Assembly (NCBI GenBank): GCA_036785375.1
Contig: JAWMAR010000030.1
Location: forward strand, 6,448,001 to 6,512,000
DNA from: Leucoraja ocellata
Taxonomy: Eukaryota
Direction of reading: 5' to 3'
DNA: 64,000 bases
Shown: one piece after another, positions 49,616-63,188 of the stretch
How positions within the stretch are numbered: position 1 is the stretch's first letter
Layout of the letters: each line of letters opens with the position of its first letter
Translations under genes and position numbers: made by a program
The notes under the pieces: generated by a model
The model's database searches: none
What the model was told of the DNA's origin: nothing
Seen by the model: the letters and a program-made list of their open reading frames with translations, nothing else

Positions 49616-51059
49616 ATGAACTATTGTTGTATGCATAAATCTTGATCTAAATTTCATGCTAATCCTTACCCTTTAAAATAGTAATGCTTTGCACTACATT
49701 TCTATATTTTAAGACAATATTATAATAAAATGCAACAAATGCGGATTCGAAATTAGAAAATGTGTCTCGCTATCATCGAAAGGAATGCAGCTGAATAGCT
49801 TAATTAATAAAAAATATAATCTTCCCTGTTGGCCTTTAATAACTTGCTTTATTCAGCTGCTTGAGTTGGTTGTGTTTCAAGTTCAGGCTTGCCCAAGACT
49901 ACATGTGGAAAGGGCAGACTGCGAATTGCTGCACACAGCTCACAAATGCCAGTTGTTCACTCAGCTTCTCTGCTGAATCTGGCAGCCCAGCCCTATGTGA
50001 GGAGATTGCACCAAGAAACTGCAAGGCAGTTTCTTGGTGCAATCTCCTCACATAGGGCTGGGCAGCCACTTCGCGTTGTCTGGCAAACTAGCCCTGGAAA
50101 GCCTAATTGTTTTGGATCACAAGAGAGATTCTAAATGGAAAACAACTGGGGGAGAGAATATGGAAATGAAACTGAGCTTATCCACAAACAAGGATCTGAT
50201 TTCTGAACTTGCAGAAATGACTCTCTTATCTTTCTGCAATTGATACAGGTTGTGAGTTTGGTTTACTGAGAGTTACATCCATGCATCAGATACTGTTCTA
50301 CGCTGAGGCAGACAAATGGATTTATTTGTTGTTAACTTTCGCGTCGTGAGCAAATTATTTTGCTGTGAAACATGCAGGTTCGGCAAGTCGCCGACAATCA
50401 TTCTCAGCTGCGAAATTCAGCTTTGGAATGGATGGTGGGGGCACGCCACAGCCAGTGAACTGGAGTAATGGGGAAGAGTTGTGGGAACGCTAACCTGGGA
50501 TATAAATCATAAGCTCCTCGTAACTGTGGTTTGAAGATGCAATTAGTCTGAGCATGAAGAATAAACTGGGGGTTTACATGGCCCAGTGTTTTGTATTCTA
50601 TGGGGGATTTGAAGGAATATAAGAGGCAATTAGTCTCTCCTGATGAATGGCTTCAGAGTGTGGCTGGATTCCACCAGAGAATGGGTAAACTCACACATTG
50701 CTCGCATTTCCCACAGTCTCCTTTAAAAGCAAAACATACTAAAACAAAATAAGTGTTCTCATTCTACAACTGCAAAGAAACACGGAGCAGGGTTGGGTGG
50801 GGAATGTGGGAATTTCAACAGCGTTTCATATTGAATGTGTCAGATCAGGGGCCAATTTAAATCTCAACAAATGTGAAGATATTGGATTGTAAATAGACCT
50901 AAGCTGCATGGTTACGGCCGGTCCACCCCTCACCAGATCTTATTATCTATTTCCTTCAATGATTCCAAAGTTTTAAATAACTCTGAAGTTTTTGTTCTTC
51001 TATTTCACTTCTTTCTTCTTCTTCTTTCCATCGGAAATTATTCTGGTAAAATTAACACT

Positions 51060-51192
51060 TTTGTTTTAGTGAGAGTGTCGGAGGTTATGGGAAGAAGGCA
51101 GGAGAATGGGGTTGAGAGGGAAAGATAGATCAGCCATGATTGAATGACGGAGTAGACTTGATGGGCCGAATGGCCCAATTCTACTCCTACAA
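51060..51192 (+). mobile_element. CR1 3' tail
   Basis: ggcaggagaatggggttgagagggaaagatagatcagccatgattgaatg. Confidence 0.85.
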
Positions 51193-51782
51193 CTGATGAA
51201 CTTTTGAAATTCTGGTGAATTTCAGTCTTGAAGGCAAGAAGATTTTAGAATAAATTGTGCAGAGATTAATTTGTACACTTTCCATGGCAGTGGGAATTAT
51301 CAATGGGATACCTTCAACAGCTAAACTCAGAAACTTTGAAGTGATGCTAACTCTTTCCTTCTCGGTGTGAACTTTGCTCTTTCCCCATGGTCTCAACAAG
51401 GAACCATCTTAATGGTGAACCTGGGACATTTACCAATAATAAACCCACTAAAAACAACTGAAAATATGGTGGTTAAAAACTTATTTTTAACTTTACGATT
51501 ATTTATAATTACTATTGTACAACATTACTGGCTCTGAATATTTTATAAACGTGGAGTTCTATTTTAAAAATGTTAGTACTTTTAAAAAAGAATATCCTTT
51601 TAAGATTATTTTGTCTTTCCCACCTTAATTTGATCAGTAATGTCTACTTTTTATTTAATTTTCTGCCTGTCCTTTAAAACTACAAAATTTGCCACTCTAG
51701 ATGGTATATTTTAATGCAGATACTTCAACATCGGTTCCAAACCCTTGCTTTTCTGCTCAAATACAATTATTTTATAACGATA

Positions 51783-51945
51783 AAAGACCAAGTGCTGGAG
51801 TAACATAGTGGGTCAGGCAGCATCTCTGGATGACATGAAGAGAGGTCCTGACCTGACTTGCCTATTTTCGTCCTTCCTGACCTGCTAACTTCAGCAATTT
51901 GTGTCTTGTTTTTGGTAAACCAGCATCTGTAATTCCTTGTGTCAT
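51783..51945. mobile_element. Inverted pair of Penelope-derived 3'-end fragments
   Basis: gtgctggagtaacatagtgggtcaggcagcatc followed by cctgacctgctaacttcagcaattt...aaaccagcatctg. Confidence 0.65.
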
Positions 51946-52096
51946 GATTATTTCTCCAGGTTTGTAGCAGGCTATCCATTTGTGTTTGTTTCATGGGGAT
52001 GGGACCCAGACTAGGTTACCATTTACTTTTTCAGGAATTGAATTATTTGGCATTTTTAATTAATTTGTACTTTTGTACTGAATGTTTTAAGCTCCA

Positions 52097-52397
52097 TGAG
52101 ACAGCGGCCAAGCCTGGATCATGGCTTCATGTACAGGCCTGTACACCTTGCCTGTACATCTGGCCGCCCGCAGCGGCAACTGCGGAGGTTTATGATCCCG
52201 ACCACGGGGAAAAATGGAGGAGGACTGACTAAACTTTGTGCCTTCCACCACAGTGATGAATCCTGTGGTGGATGTTTTGTGTTCAATTTTTTATTATGTA
52301 TTGTGTGTTCTTTTTTATTGTACCGCTGCTGGCAAGTTCATTTCACTGCACTTCATTGTGTATATGACGAGTAAATTGACTATTGACTATCGACTAT
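52097..52397 (+). mobile_element. Unclassified GC-rich retroposon with (TATTGAC)n tail
   Basis: Shares cttccaccacagtga...ctgtggtggatgttt with the element at 54733-55090; tandem tail ttgactattgactatcgactat. Confidence 0.6.
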
Positions 52398-53292
52398 CAC
52401 TGGCTATCTAATCAATCCTATGTGTGACGCTTGCCATTTGCAATCAGGAAAAGCCTATGCTGCATTATGCTGGACCATACAGAAAATGGAAGCCATTTAC
52501 GGCACAAATTTAAGGTGGGGTTAGCTCCAGGTAAGAGCAAATTCTGTGGGTAGGATGTGTGCATCCTGCAGTGGAGCAGTGGGAGTTTCTGCAGAAGATT
52601 TAGACTGATAATTTATTGATTGCTGGAGTAAATGAGATTAAAAACATTAAGGTGTTGAACAGTCCCAGTTCATATTTGCCTTGTCAAATGTAGAGTTGGA
52701 TTAGCAATGAATATGATACATGATCTGCTGCATTTGGCAAATAACCCAATTCAATTTAGCAATTGAAAAACCGAAAACCATTTGTGATAGATAGCAAGGA
52801 CAACTTCAGCGATTCTGCACAACTATTGATTAGGTCTGCAGTTTTTTCCCCCGACAAGTTGAAGAGAATACAGTGAAAGTTTAAGTGAATTGATATGTGA
52901 GGAAAATAATTTAAGAAATGATCATTGACTATGGATGAAGAACGTTCGAAGACAGAATGATGAGCATGCCGATTTTGGGGATTAGATCGATGAGACACTA
53001 AAAGAATAAGCAAAGTAATCTACATGCTGATGATGTAAGTGAGGGCGAAACGCATTGCGAAGAAGAAAATTAGAGGCGTTTTTAAAAAGTCTTTACATGT
53101 TACGCACTACAGGAATAAATCTTTCCAGATATACAGTAAAATACTGAGAATTAAGATTAAGATAATCCAGGGGTTGAAATAGCAGCACGGAACAGAAAGG
53201 CTATTCTGGGTGGAGTGGGTGAACTGGGCTGTAACAATCACTGGGCTGTAACTACACAGTGGCACAGGAGGACGGGCTGTGGATCCATGTTC

Positions 53293-53733
53293 GGGCAGCA
53301 CGGTGACACAGTGGTAGAGAAGCTGCCTTACAGCGCCAGAGACCCGGGTTTGATCCAGACTAAGGACGCTGTCTGTACAGAGTTTGCACTCTCTCCTTGT
53401 GACCACGTGGGTTTTTTCGCCGGGTGCTCCGGTTTCTTCCCACACCCCACAGACTTACAGTTTTGTGGTTTAATTGTGTTTGGTTAAAACATTGTAAAAT
53501 TGTCCCTAGTGTGTAGTGTTAATGTATGGGGTGATCGTTGATTGGCAGGGACTCGGTGAGCCTAAGGGCCTGTTTCTGAACTGCATCTCTCACGAGTAAA
53601 GTCTAAAGATCCTGACCTTGGGTGCAGTCCGTGTGAAATTTGCCCATTCTCCCTGTGACCGCGTGGGTCTCCTCCAGGTGCTCTGGTTTCCTCTCACATC
53701 CCAAAGACAAGCTGTATCACTAAACTAAATTAA
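53293..53733 (+). mobile_element. HE1-type V-SINE plus a truncated tandem second copy
   Basis: Full head, V core and tail 53293-53607; partial copy 53608-53733. Confidence 0.88.
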
Positions 53734-54732
53734 ATGAAAGAGGAACAAGAGCATCAGGATTACTGGTCCTGAGCACATCAGTGATCATTGCAGACGGATG
53801 CAAGTTAAGAGAGAGTCGAGAGTGTCGTATGTTCGAGAGAGAGCAATGACATTCTTACTTGCAGCAGCACACAGAATACAACAGAATATGTAAACATAGT
53901 ACTCCACAAACCCAGTGCAGAGGGCAGGTCTGGTGGAAGGAGGGACTGACGGATGTGTGGTACATGATCAGGAAACATTATAGTTCTAAGACTTGGAAAC
54001 TGCAGAGAAAAATTAATACAAAGCTTGAATGAACATAACATGTGGCCGATGGAATTCACTGTCAGTAAATGTTTACAAGCGTAACAAATTTTAACAGCAA
54101 GTCATGAACCATTTTCATTGCTAATCAAACTGTATATTAGATACAAAATGCTGGAGTCAAGCTAGTATGAAATGAGCATGTTAAACACACTATTACCTGA
54201 TCTTACAAACACCAGCAGTCAGTAGGTCACTGACTCAAATCTTCTCGCACTCGTCCCCAATGGCTCAAACTCATCATGAACCTGGATAGGGTGCTGATCA
54301 AACAGGCTGCTTTGTCTACTCCTGAGATTTATGAGTTTAGCAGCTGAAGTTACCCAGCCAAATGGTGAATATTCCATCAAATTTATGAGTTGTAGAAGAT
54401 GGAAAGGCTTTAGCATGTCAAGTGAGATCCTTGTCACAGGAACTCCAGCCTTTAACCTGTTCTGGTAACCAGAGAGTTGAGAGTCTATATGTCTGTCTCA
54501 GTCAGTTTCTGGACAACATCTATGGCCAGGAGATAGATGATGGATCTCAATAATGGAAATGACATTGCAATGAAGAGGAGATGGTTGCACTCTCTCTGGT
54601 TGAGGATGATAATTGAAATACACTGGTGTTGGTGTAAATAATACTTACTGAATATTTATCAGCCTGATTATGAATTAGTTCTTGGTGTATGCAGCCGAGA
54701 ACACTTCATTGTCTGAACCTTGCACAACTATC

Positions 54733-55090
54733 AAAAGGTTTCAAAGGTCTTTTACTGTCACATGTACCAATTAAGATACAGTGATATGTGACTTACCATG
54801 CAGTCATATGAAAAAAAAGCAACATGATACACAAATACATAAAAGTCAACATAAACATCCACCACAGCAGATTCCCCACATTCCTCACTGTGATGGAAGT
54901 CCAGTCTTCCTCCTCTTAATTGTCCCACGGTCGGGGCAGTCGAACCATCCATTTGGACGATTGAAGTTCCTGCCGCCAGCGACTGAAGCCCCCGTGTCAG
55001 GGTGATCGAAACTCCTGCGTCGGGGCTACCGAAACTCACGTGTCTGGGCGGTCGAAACCCCCGCGGCTTGGAGTTCCCGACGTAGTCAGA
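54733..55090 (-). mobile_element. Unclassified GC-rich retroposon, same family as 52097
   Basis: Reverse complement cttccatcacagtgaggaatgtggggaatctgctgtggtggatg; internal degenerate gggc.gtcgaaac repeats. Confidence 0.6.
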
Positions 55091-55099
55091 GCCTTTACT

Positions 55100-55370
55100 C
55101 CAACACTAGAGGGCACAGCTATAAGGAGAGAGGGGCAAAGATTAATGGACTAATACAGGGGGAGTGTTACACAGAGAGTGGTGGGTGCCTGGAACGCATG
55201 GTGATGGAGGCAGATATGGTATTGGTTTTACTAGACACGTGGCAGTGCAGTTATAGAGGGACATGGATCATGTACAGTCAGATGAGACCAGTTTAACTTG
55301 GCATCATGTTTGCTACAAACATGCTGTGCCAAAGGGCCAGCTCCTGTGCTGTACTGTTCTATGTTCTACT
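55100..55370 (+). mobile_element. CR1 3' fragment
   Basis: acacagagagtggtgggtgcctggaac...ctgtgctgtactgttctatgttct. Confidence 0.8.
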
Positions 55371-57054
55371 AGACTAATGTGTCAGCAATAACTGGATTGA
55401 ATTTGTTTTACTTTAAGCAGGGTGGCTGTGTACTACACCTGTACTTGAACCCGACAGTGGGAGCTGCAGGAGATGGCAGGACAAGACCAGTTACCTGCTG
55501 CTTCCAGCTGTAAACCACTGGAATTATAATGCCCTCTATCACATGGATTACAGTGAACAGTTCTGGCCTCCGAATATTGTCTAACCAGGTTCACTGCATG
55601 TTAGGAGCATTTCTCCTGCTTTTCATTCTTGTTCTCGAGACATGTGGCTGACTGCATCATTACTGGAGATCAGACTTCATGGAGGCTCCTTCTCTTGTTT
55701 GGCGTTTAATTAACCACTGCCGTTTGCGATTTTATGGGGCTGGGTGGCAGAGTTTGGAGATGATCTGCTGGTAGTTGGATCACAACCTACCAGCTGCACC
55801 ACACGCTGGCCTGCATGCCTATCACATCTGTGGACCCGCAGTGCTGGAGGCAACGTTCCTGACTGGACTGAGCAACTGGGTTTTTAATAAGAATTCAATC
55901 GCACAGAATGTCTTGGCGTGTGTGGGAGAGACTGAACCGGGAGGCATATGTATCAAACAGTCACTAATAAACCTAATGGAGAATTCGGGAGAAGTGTAGC
56001 GTGTGCTTTGACTGAAAAACACATTGATGCAGACTGTGTTGATGTGAATAGATGGAATCATTTAAGAGGAACTTGGACAACCAACATGAGGGAGAAAAGG
56101 ATAGAAAATGGTGAAGGGGTAGGATGGGATAGTCTATCTTGTTCATTCTTTCTGAATCCAGGGCAAGACAAAGCAGCCTATTAGATCAACACTCTATCTG
56201 ATCATTATATCTGACTGGCCCTCTCTGGTATGTACACTTGATATAACTTGACCAATACAATTGACCAATTTCTCTTTGGGATAAATACAGTTGTATCGTA
56301 TTGTATTGTCTCTTATAATCCCTGTATTCTGCTGCCATCTTCTCCTGGTTTAATTGCCCAGATCACACTGTGTATTAATTCCCATGTAACCAGAAGGTGC
56401 ACCGCTTACAGTCATTGAAAACTTTTGAGATGACTAATGAGCAACTGATGCAATCTGCTTCAATCTCAAGTTTTTTTTTTCCAATTGAATTGTTTCTTCT
56501 GCATTTAGTCCGGCAGTTGATTCAGATCCTTCTCTGGGCAAATGATCTTGGCATTTTTTTTGCTGCACACATTGTCCCTGGGTTCTAATCCCGATTTAAT
56601 GATGAAACTCCACAGGAAACACAGCGGAAAATGGAAATCACTCCCGAACAGAAGCTTCAAGAGCCTGAACGTGGTCTTCACAGCAGCCCCTCTCTGTTCC
56701 TGATGGCCTGCCAGATTTCAGACACCTTTGGACGGGAAGGAAGACCTACTTTGCTTGGTGTGTGAAGTATATCTTAAATCTTTTATACCGCAGCAGAACG
56801 CAGCAGGAGGTTTTATACCGAGCCGTGATCCGCAATTTTATTTGCGGATTTATCAAAGATCTTTTGAGTCTTATAATAAATCCAAGCAGAGTAAACCAAT
56901 GGCAAGCAAATAACCTCCTGTACGGTTGAAGGAGTAAGCACAGCAGTAACTTTGCCACTCAAATCCACAGACTACAGTAAAACTCTGACAATCCTGTCTC
57001 GATTGCTCGGAAATCCTATCTTTCAACACCTGCTTCAACAGATAAAGTCCCTCT

Positions 57055-57347
57055 GACTTTAGACTTTAGAGATACCGCACGGTAACAGTCCCTTCGGCAC
57101 ACCGAGTCCACTCTGACCATCGATCACCTCGTACACTAGCATTATCCTACACACGAGGGACAATTTACAATTTACCGAAGCCAATTACCCTACAAACCTG
57201 TACATCATTGGAGTGTGGGAGGAAACCGCAGCAAGCACCCAGAGAGAACCCATGCGGTCACAGGGAGAACATACAAACTCCATACAGACAGCACGATCAA
57301 ACCTGGGTCTCTGGCGCTGTAAGGCAGCAACTCTACACTGTGCCACC
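57055..57347 (-). mobile_element. HE1-type V-SINE
   Basis: Antisense head ctggcgctgtaaggcagcaactctac and V core ggagtgtgggaggaaacc. Confidence 0.88.
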
Positions 57348-57726
57348 CCTCTTGTCAGCAGGACGTGTAAGGGTCTTGGTTCCCGCTCCTTCATTCAAGC
57401 CACTAGAGTCCAATTCTCCGTGCTCCCATTCCACCCACTCGGACCCAATTCCCCAATTCCCGTTCTCCCAGTTCCCGTTCTCCCAACGACCTCTTCGGAG
57501 CCCTGGTTCCTGAGCTCCTAATCGACTAGCAGAGTCCTGTTTGTCAGATTATCTTTAATGGATACATTTATTATGGTATTGTATAACATTTAGCAAAACT
57601 GCACTCACAACGTGTCGGTTCATTAACATGGTCTGGACAATCTGCTGATCCACTGTCACCATCCTACATGTGCTAGATTGTCAATGGTTTTGGTTTAACC
57701 CAGAACTTGTTTTAACTCTGAACTCA

Positions 57727-58137
57727 ATAGAATTTAGAAGATTGAGGGGGGATCTTATAGAAACTTACAAAATTCTTAAGGGGTTGGACAGGCTAGATGC
57801 AGGAAGATTGTTCCCAATGTTGGGGAAGTCCAGAACAAGGGGTCACAGTTTAAGGATAAGGGGGAAGGAAGTCTTTTAGGACTGAGATGAGAAAAACATT
57901 TTTCACACAGAGAGTGGTGAATCTCTGGAATTCTCTGCCACAGAAGGTAGTTGAGGCCAGTTCATTGGCTATATTTAAGAGGGAGTTAGATGTGGCCCTT
58001 GTGGTTAAAGGGATCAGGGGGTATGGAGAGAATGCAGGTACAGGATACTGAGTTGGATGAACAGCCATGATCTTATTGAATGGCAGGAACGAAGGGCCGA
58101 ATGGCCTCTACTCCTGCACCTATTTTCTATGTTTCTA
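57727..58137 (+). mobile_element. Young CR1 3' fragment
   Basis: EFRRLRGDLIETYKILKGLDRLDAGRLFP; tail ttctatgtttct. Confidence 0.92.
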
Positions 58138-58579
58138 AATATTATTATTTTTTTGTTTATATGGTACCTTTTTATCTACAAAAAAGTATCGCCCTCCAGC
58201 ACTTGCTGCTGTCCTTTGAGCGCAGAATTTCATGGACTAGATGCACAAAGCTACAGTGCAATAGAAGAAACACAGAGAAACCAATGGCTGTTTAATAGAT
58301 TTTTAAAATAGGCTGTGAAATAGGCTAATCAAATGTCATGACTTTAGTGGGCTCTACCATTCTTTCCCTGAGCTCCTGTGGTCCGACAGTCCCCAAGATT
58401 AGTGTAAACGGGCGAAAAGGTTGCCAGTGAGGTGGTGGGCTGAAGGGGCTGATTCACTCAATCAAATCACGGAATTATAACAGCAAACAGGAATGTTTCC
58501 AAAGAGCTACAGAACAAGTTAAATATCGAACCTCTGTGGATGGAGGGTCATTGAATATATTTGTACATTATTTTTATAT

Positions 58580-58905
58580 CATAGGAGGCTGTTCAGCCCA
58601 TCAATAATGTACTAGCTCACGAGGAACAGTCCGTTCCCCCTTTCTATTTCCCTGCAACTTATTTTCTTTCACACATGCCTATTGAATCTCCTTTGATTCT
58701 TTTGATCGCTAAGGGGTAATTTGCAGTGCCAGTTAACTTAACAAGACATATTTTGGGATGTGAAGGAAACTGGAGCATACAATGGAAACCAATGTGAACA
58801 CAGTGAGAAATGCAAACTTCACAGAGACGACACATGGTCACAGTCAAAGCTGGGTCCCTGAAACTCTAACACAGCAGCACTAACTGCTGGATCACCATGC
58901 CACTC
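58580..58905 (-). mobile_element. Older V-SINE
   Basis: tttgggatgtgaaggaaactggagca...gaaatgcaaacttcacagagac antisense V core. Confidence 0.65.
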
Positions 58906-59624
58906 ATCCTAGGCTGAGATGGAAGGGTTTTTGTACCGTCTCATCACCGTTTACAAGGCTATGCAAGCAAACTGAGCTAAGACCTTCTTGAATGGCCATA
59001 GGGTATACTCTTGTTCCGACTTCTTATTTCCACTGAGTTACTCCAGCATTTTGTGCTTGTGTCTGTTTCTCAGGGCCAATTCATGGACACAGCTAACAAA
59101 CAGGATAAAGATCAGACAATCAAATGGATGGTGAGGGTGAGGGAAGAGGACAAAGAAAACTAAATCCAGGTGTGCAGAGCGACGTGAAATGTAACTTAAA
59201 ATTGTAGATCGGTGATTGCATGTTCCATTGAACTGTAACAAGATAAAAGTGAATCTGACAGATAGCAAAGTTTAAACGTAATTTATGTTCCTTGCGGCCA
59301 GGTAGTCCTGAGACTTGGGAAACAGCACGGAAGATGGTGCAGTGTAGAGATAAGGGTGATAATGCAGATTTTGCCTCCCAAGGTCATGTACGTGAGAGTG
59401 GAGCACAGAAGCCATGGAGTAAACTGATAGGGACAGATTGACAGAGACAGATCAGCTGCAAGTCAGGCTTCGACCTCAAAGGGATGGGCTCTCTGTAGTG
59501 AAGATAAGGCAGTCGGGAGGGTGAATTAGTTTGTGGCTTGAGCGATTGGCTGACTATACAACGATAGGTGGGTAAGCAAGTTGCGAAGAAGACAAAACTG
59601 AGTTTACGAAGAGAATCAGATATC

Positions 59625-59936
59625 AGTTTAGTTTATTCAGTTTAGTTTAGTTTGGAGATACAGTGCGAAACAGGCCATTCAGCCCATCGAGTCCGCACCG
59701 ACCAATGATCCCCGTGCATTAACACTATCCTACACAATATACCAAAGCCAATTAACGTACAAACCTGTATGTCTTCTGACTGTGGGAGGAAATCGAAGTT
59801 CTCGGAGAAAACCCACATGCGGACATGTGGAGAACGTACAAACTCCATATGAACAAGCATCTGTAGCCAGAATCAAACCCGAATCTCTGGCACTGTAGGT
59901 GCTGTAAGGCAGTAACTCTACCGCTGCGCCACCGTG
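59625..59936 (-). mobile_element. HE1-type V-SINE
   Basis: (gttta)n tail, V core, head aactctaccgctgcgccaccgtg. Confidence 0.9.
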
Positions 59937-60714
59937 GATTTTCGTTTCGTGAAACATGTACCGGGGTACAGCGATAAGCGTTTGTTGCATGCTAACCAGT
60001 TAGCGGAAAGATAATACATGATTAAGGCAAGATTTAGTCAAGACAAGTTGAGTATATTGTCATGTGTATGAACACTGTAAGGTTTTCCTTCAATGAAAAA
60101 TCTTGCTTGCAGCAGCACCACACTCACCTTGACTCAGACTATATAAACACTGTAAATTTTAATGATAATGAGAGGTGATCAAAATTATGAGTGTAAAATT
60201 ATTATTTAATTATGCGTTCCACATGCATATTTTTGGCGATTTTCTGAATTTTGAAATACCTGAATTTTGGTTCCAGTGATCTAAGGTCTGAGGTGCTGCC
60301 TCGACTGAGTTTTGAAGAATATCTGAAATGTTCATCACTCTTGTGGAAAAGGTACCAATAAACGTGGATATCGTTATTATTCAGCAAGCAAAGGCAACTG
60401 AGGGAACGTTCGATAGCTTTCATTTCCTGTCAACAATGGGAGGTCATCATAAGTCTGCTGCTTGTCTAAAATTAAAGCACATTCATCTCCAATTTTCCAT
60501 TATTAATATCACTCAGACATTAGGCTCCCAAAAAAACCCCACAAAGGCAGACTGAGGAGACAATGGCAGAGTCAGAGACTGAACAAGGCAAACTAGCCAA
60601 GCCTACTAATGGGCAAAGTCACCGTAAAATGGTGATAGATTCGACTCTGATGCAGAGGAGTAGGGGCTCTAGTTAGCTAGGAATACTGAGGAGGTAAAGG
60701 GACAATTGGAATAA

Positions 60715-60840
60715 TACAGCACAGAGACAGGCCCTTCAGCCCTACTCATCCATGCTGTGCAATGTGCTCCATCTAAGCTGCTCCCATTTGCCTGCATTTG
60801 GTCCATATCCCTCCAAACCTCTCCCATCCATCTACCTGCC
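60715..60840 (-). mobile_element. CR1 3' tail
   Basis: acaggcccttcagccc...cccatttgcctgcatttggtccatatccctccaaacct. Confidence 0.8.
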
Positions 60841-61553
60841 CAAGTGTGGATGTTGGTATAGGACCTGCCAAAGTACCTCCTCTGGCAGCTAATCCCATAT
60901 ACCCATGTAAAAGCAATCTTGAAGAAAAAGCCAGTATGGATCCAGGCGATTGGAAAAGATGCATGGAACAGTGGATGGTATCGAAGCAGATAATAAAACT
61001 GCAAGAAGTAATAGGGACTGACACAGAATATCAAATCAACAACCTATAAAAAAAACATATACACACACTCATAAAAATTGACTGCTGGCAAGGAGGCCAA
61101 ACCAATTCATAGTGTCCATGTTAGCAGAAAATACACCATTAATTTTATTTCTCAGGTTTCTATCCAAAGACTTTTAGGTTTGAGGCTTTTTAGGTTTTTA
61201 TCAACAAAGTATTTCTAAAATATAGCGAGAGTTATTGCCTCTTGGCTTATAAATTCTGAATCCCCACAATGAAGAAATTCTAATCACCTCCCCTTTAATC
61301 CTTCTCCCAATCATTTTATGTTGATGTCTCCTAACTTTGTCCTCTCTGGCAAGGGGAATAGGTCATTCCTGTTCACTTATTCTACGCCTCTCCTAATATT
61401 ATGTGCCTCGGTCAACCCTCCCTAATTCTTCTCTGTTCTGGTAAAATCAATGGAGCAAAACTATCTCTTCTATATGGGGGGTCTAGAACTAGCAGGTACA
61501 GCCTAAACATTAAGGGATGATTACAGGAACGAAAAGAGGAAGGCCTTCTACAT

Positions 61554-61836
61554 GCACAGTGGCACAGTAGTAGAGTTGCTGCCTTACAGAGCCAGCGACC
61601 AGGGTTCGATCCTGACTACATGTGCTGTCTATACGGTGTCTGTGCATTCTCCCCGTTTCCTCCCACACTCCATAGACGTGCAGGTTTGTAGATTAATAAG
61701 CTTGGTTTAAAAATGCAAATTGTCCCTAGTGTGTGTAGGATAGTGTTAATGTGTGGGGATCGCTGGTCGGCGTGGACTCGGTGGGCCGAAGGGCCTGTTT
61801 CCACGCTGTACTCTAAAACTAAAACTAAAAACTAAA
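61554..61836 (+). mobile_element. HE1-type V-SINE inserted in an old CR1 fragment
   Basis: gggttcgatcctgactac B box; tail (taaaac)n; CR1-like flanks 61465-61550 and 61840-61980. Confidence 0.88.
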
Positions 61837-62895
61837 TACAGAAATTTGGAAACTTGTTCTAAAAACGGCTTTTGATACTGAATCACCTTTACATTTCAGA
61901 TTTGAGATTCGGACATTTCTGTTAAATCAAAGGTATGAAGGAGGGGAGTAAAGTGTGTGTGCATGGATTTTGATCACAGATCATCATCACCCTGTGTCCC
62001 TGCTTGGCAAATTAACTGACCGATAACTTGTTTCTGTCTCTTGTCCTCATTAGATCTAGACTCTAAATACTCATTAGCTTTCTTGTCATGTTCCACTGTT
62101 CATTTGTTGTTGGTTATGATGTTATGTACCGATCCTGGAGTGTAGGATATGTGAAATTCTGAATGATCACTTGGGCTGCAGTCTAGTTTAGCGGTAAGGC
62201 CACAACTCTATCACTGCGCCATCGTGCCATACTTTAGAGTTAAGGGAAAATGGTTAGAACAAGTCCTGACCCAACTCCAAAATAAGAAATTAATTTTTAT
62301 TTGCAGCAGTCAAGGTGAAGCCCACTTCAGGAATTATTTACTTTTCGCTTCGAGCTCTTGGTTGGTGCAGTGGTCCTACATAATAAATCCAATGCTCAAG
62401 ACAAAAGCTACTCTCAGCAGTTTCCGTGAATAATGTTCGTCAGGTATCTCAAATAGCACCTAGAGAGAGGTGAAGCCAGCAGGGTAACTCAGATTCATCT
62501 CTGTATTGATCCATTGCGAACAATCGGAGATGTTTAATGAACTTGACAGCTGCCTGTAAACCCATTGACATCCAAAGGGAAAAAAACAAGATTGACTTGT
62601 GCTCTTCCCGATGGAAGCTGGATGAATTGCATGGAGACATCTTTCCATGCTCTGTATGCTGTATAAACCCGTATTTATTCTTGATTGAATAGTTACAGCA
62701 ACAGGCACCTGCTACTAGTCTCATACAACCCCAATATTAACTGGTCTGGAAATATGGGTTAAACGTCAGGGAGAGACAAACTCCTGGGTTCCGTTTCTAT
62801 TATAAAAGGTGGATAAATTGGTGCCTAAAAAGATTTGTAAGCTCACCAAGATCTCACAGATGAGGCAAGACACGGGCAAGGTATTGATGAGACAA

Positions 62896-63188
62896 GGGTG
62901 GCACAGCGGTAGTGCTCACAGTACCAGCGACCCGGGTTCGATCCCGACTACGGGTGCTGTCTGTACAGTTTTTGCATTCTCCCAGTGACTGGATGGGTTT
63001 TTGCTGAGATCTTCGGTTTCCTCCCACACTCCTAAGACGTGCAGGTTTGTAGGTTACTTGGCTTGGTATAAATGTAAATTGTCCCTAGTGTGTGTAGGGT
63101 AGTGTTAATGTGCGGGGATCGCTGGTCGGTGCAGACCCAGTGGGCTGAAGGGCCTGTTTCCGTGCAGTATATCTAAACTGAACTAAAC
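62896..63188 (+). mobile_element. HE1-type V-SINE
   Basis: cccgggttcgatcccgactacggg; V core; tail ctaaactgaactaaac. Confidence 0.9.

Noticed and set aside
59170-59300. Penelope GIY-YIG C-terminus on the minus strand
   Set aside because: Only vague similarity (FYLVTVQ...YNFK); not supportable without an alignment.
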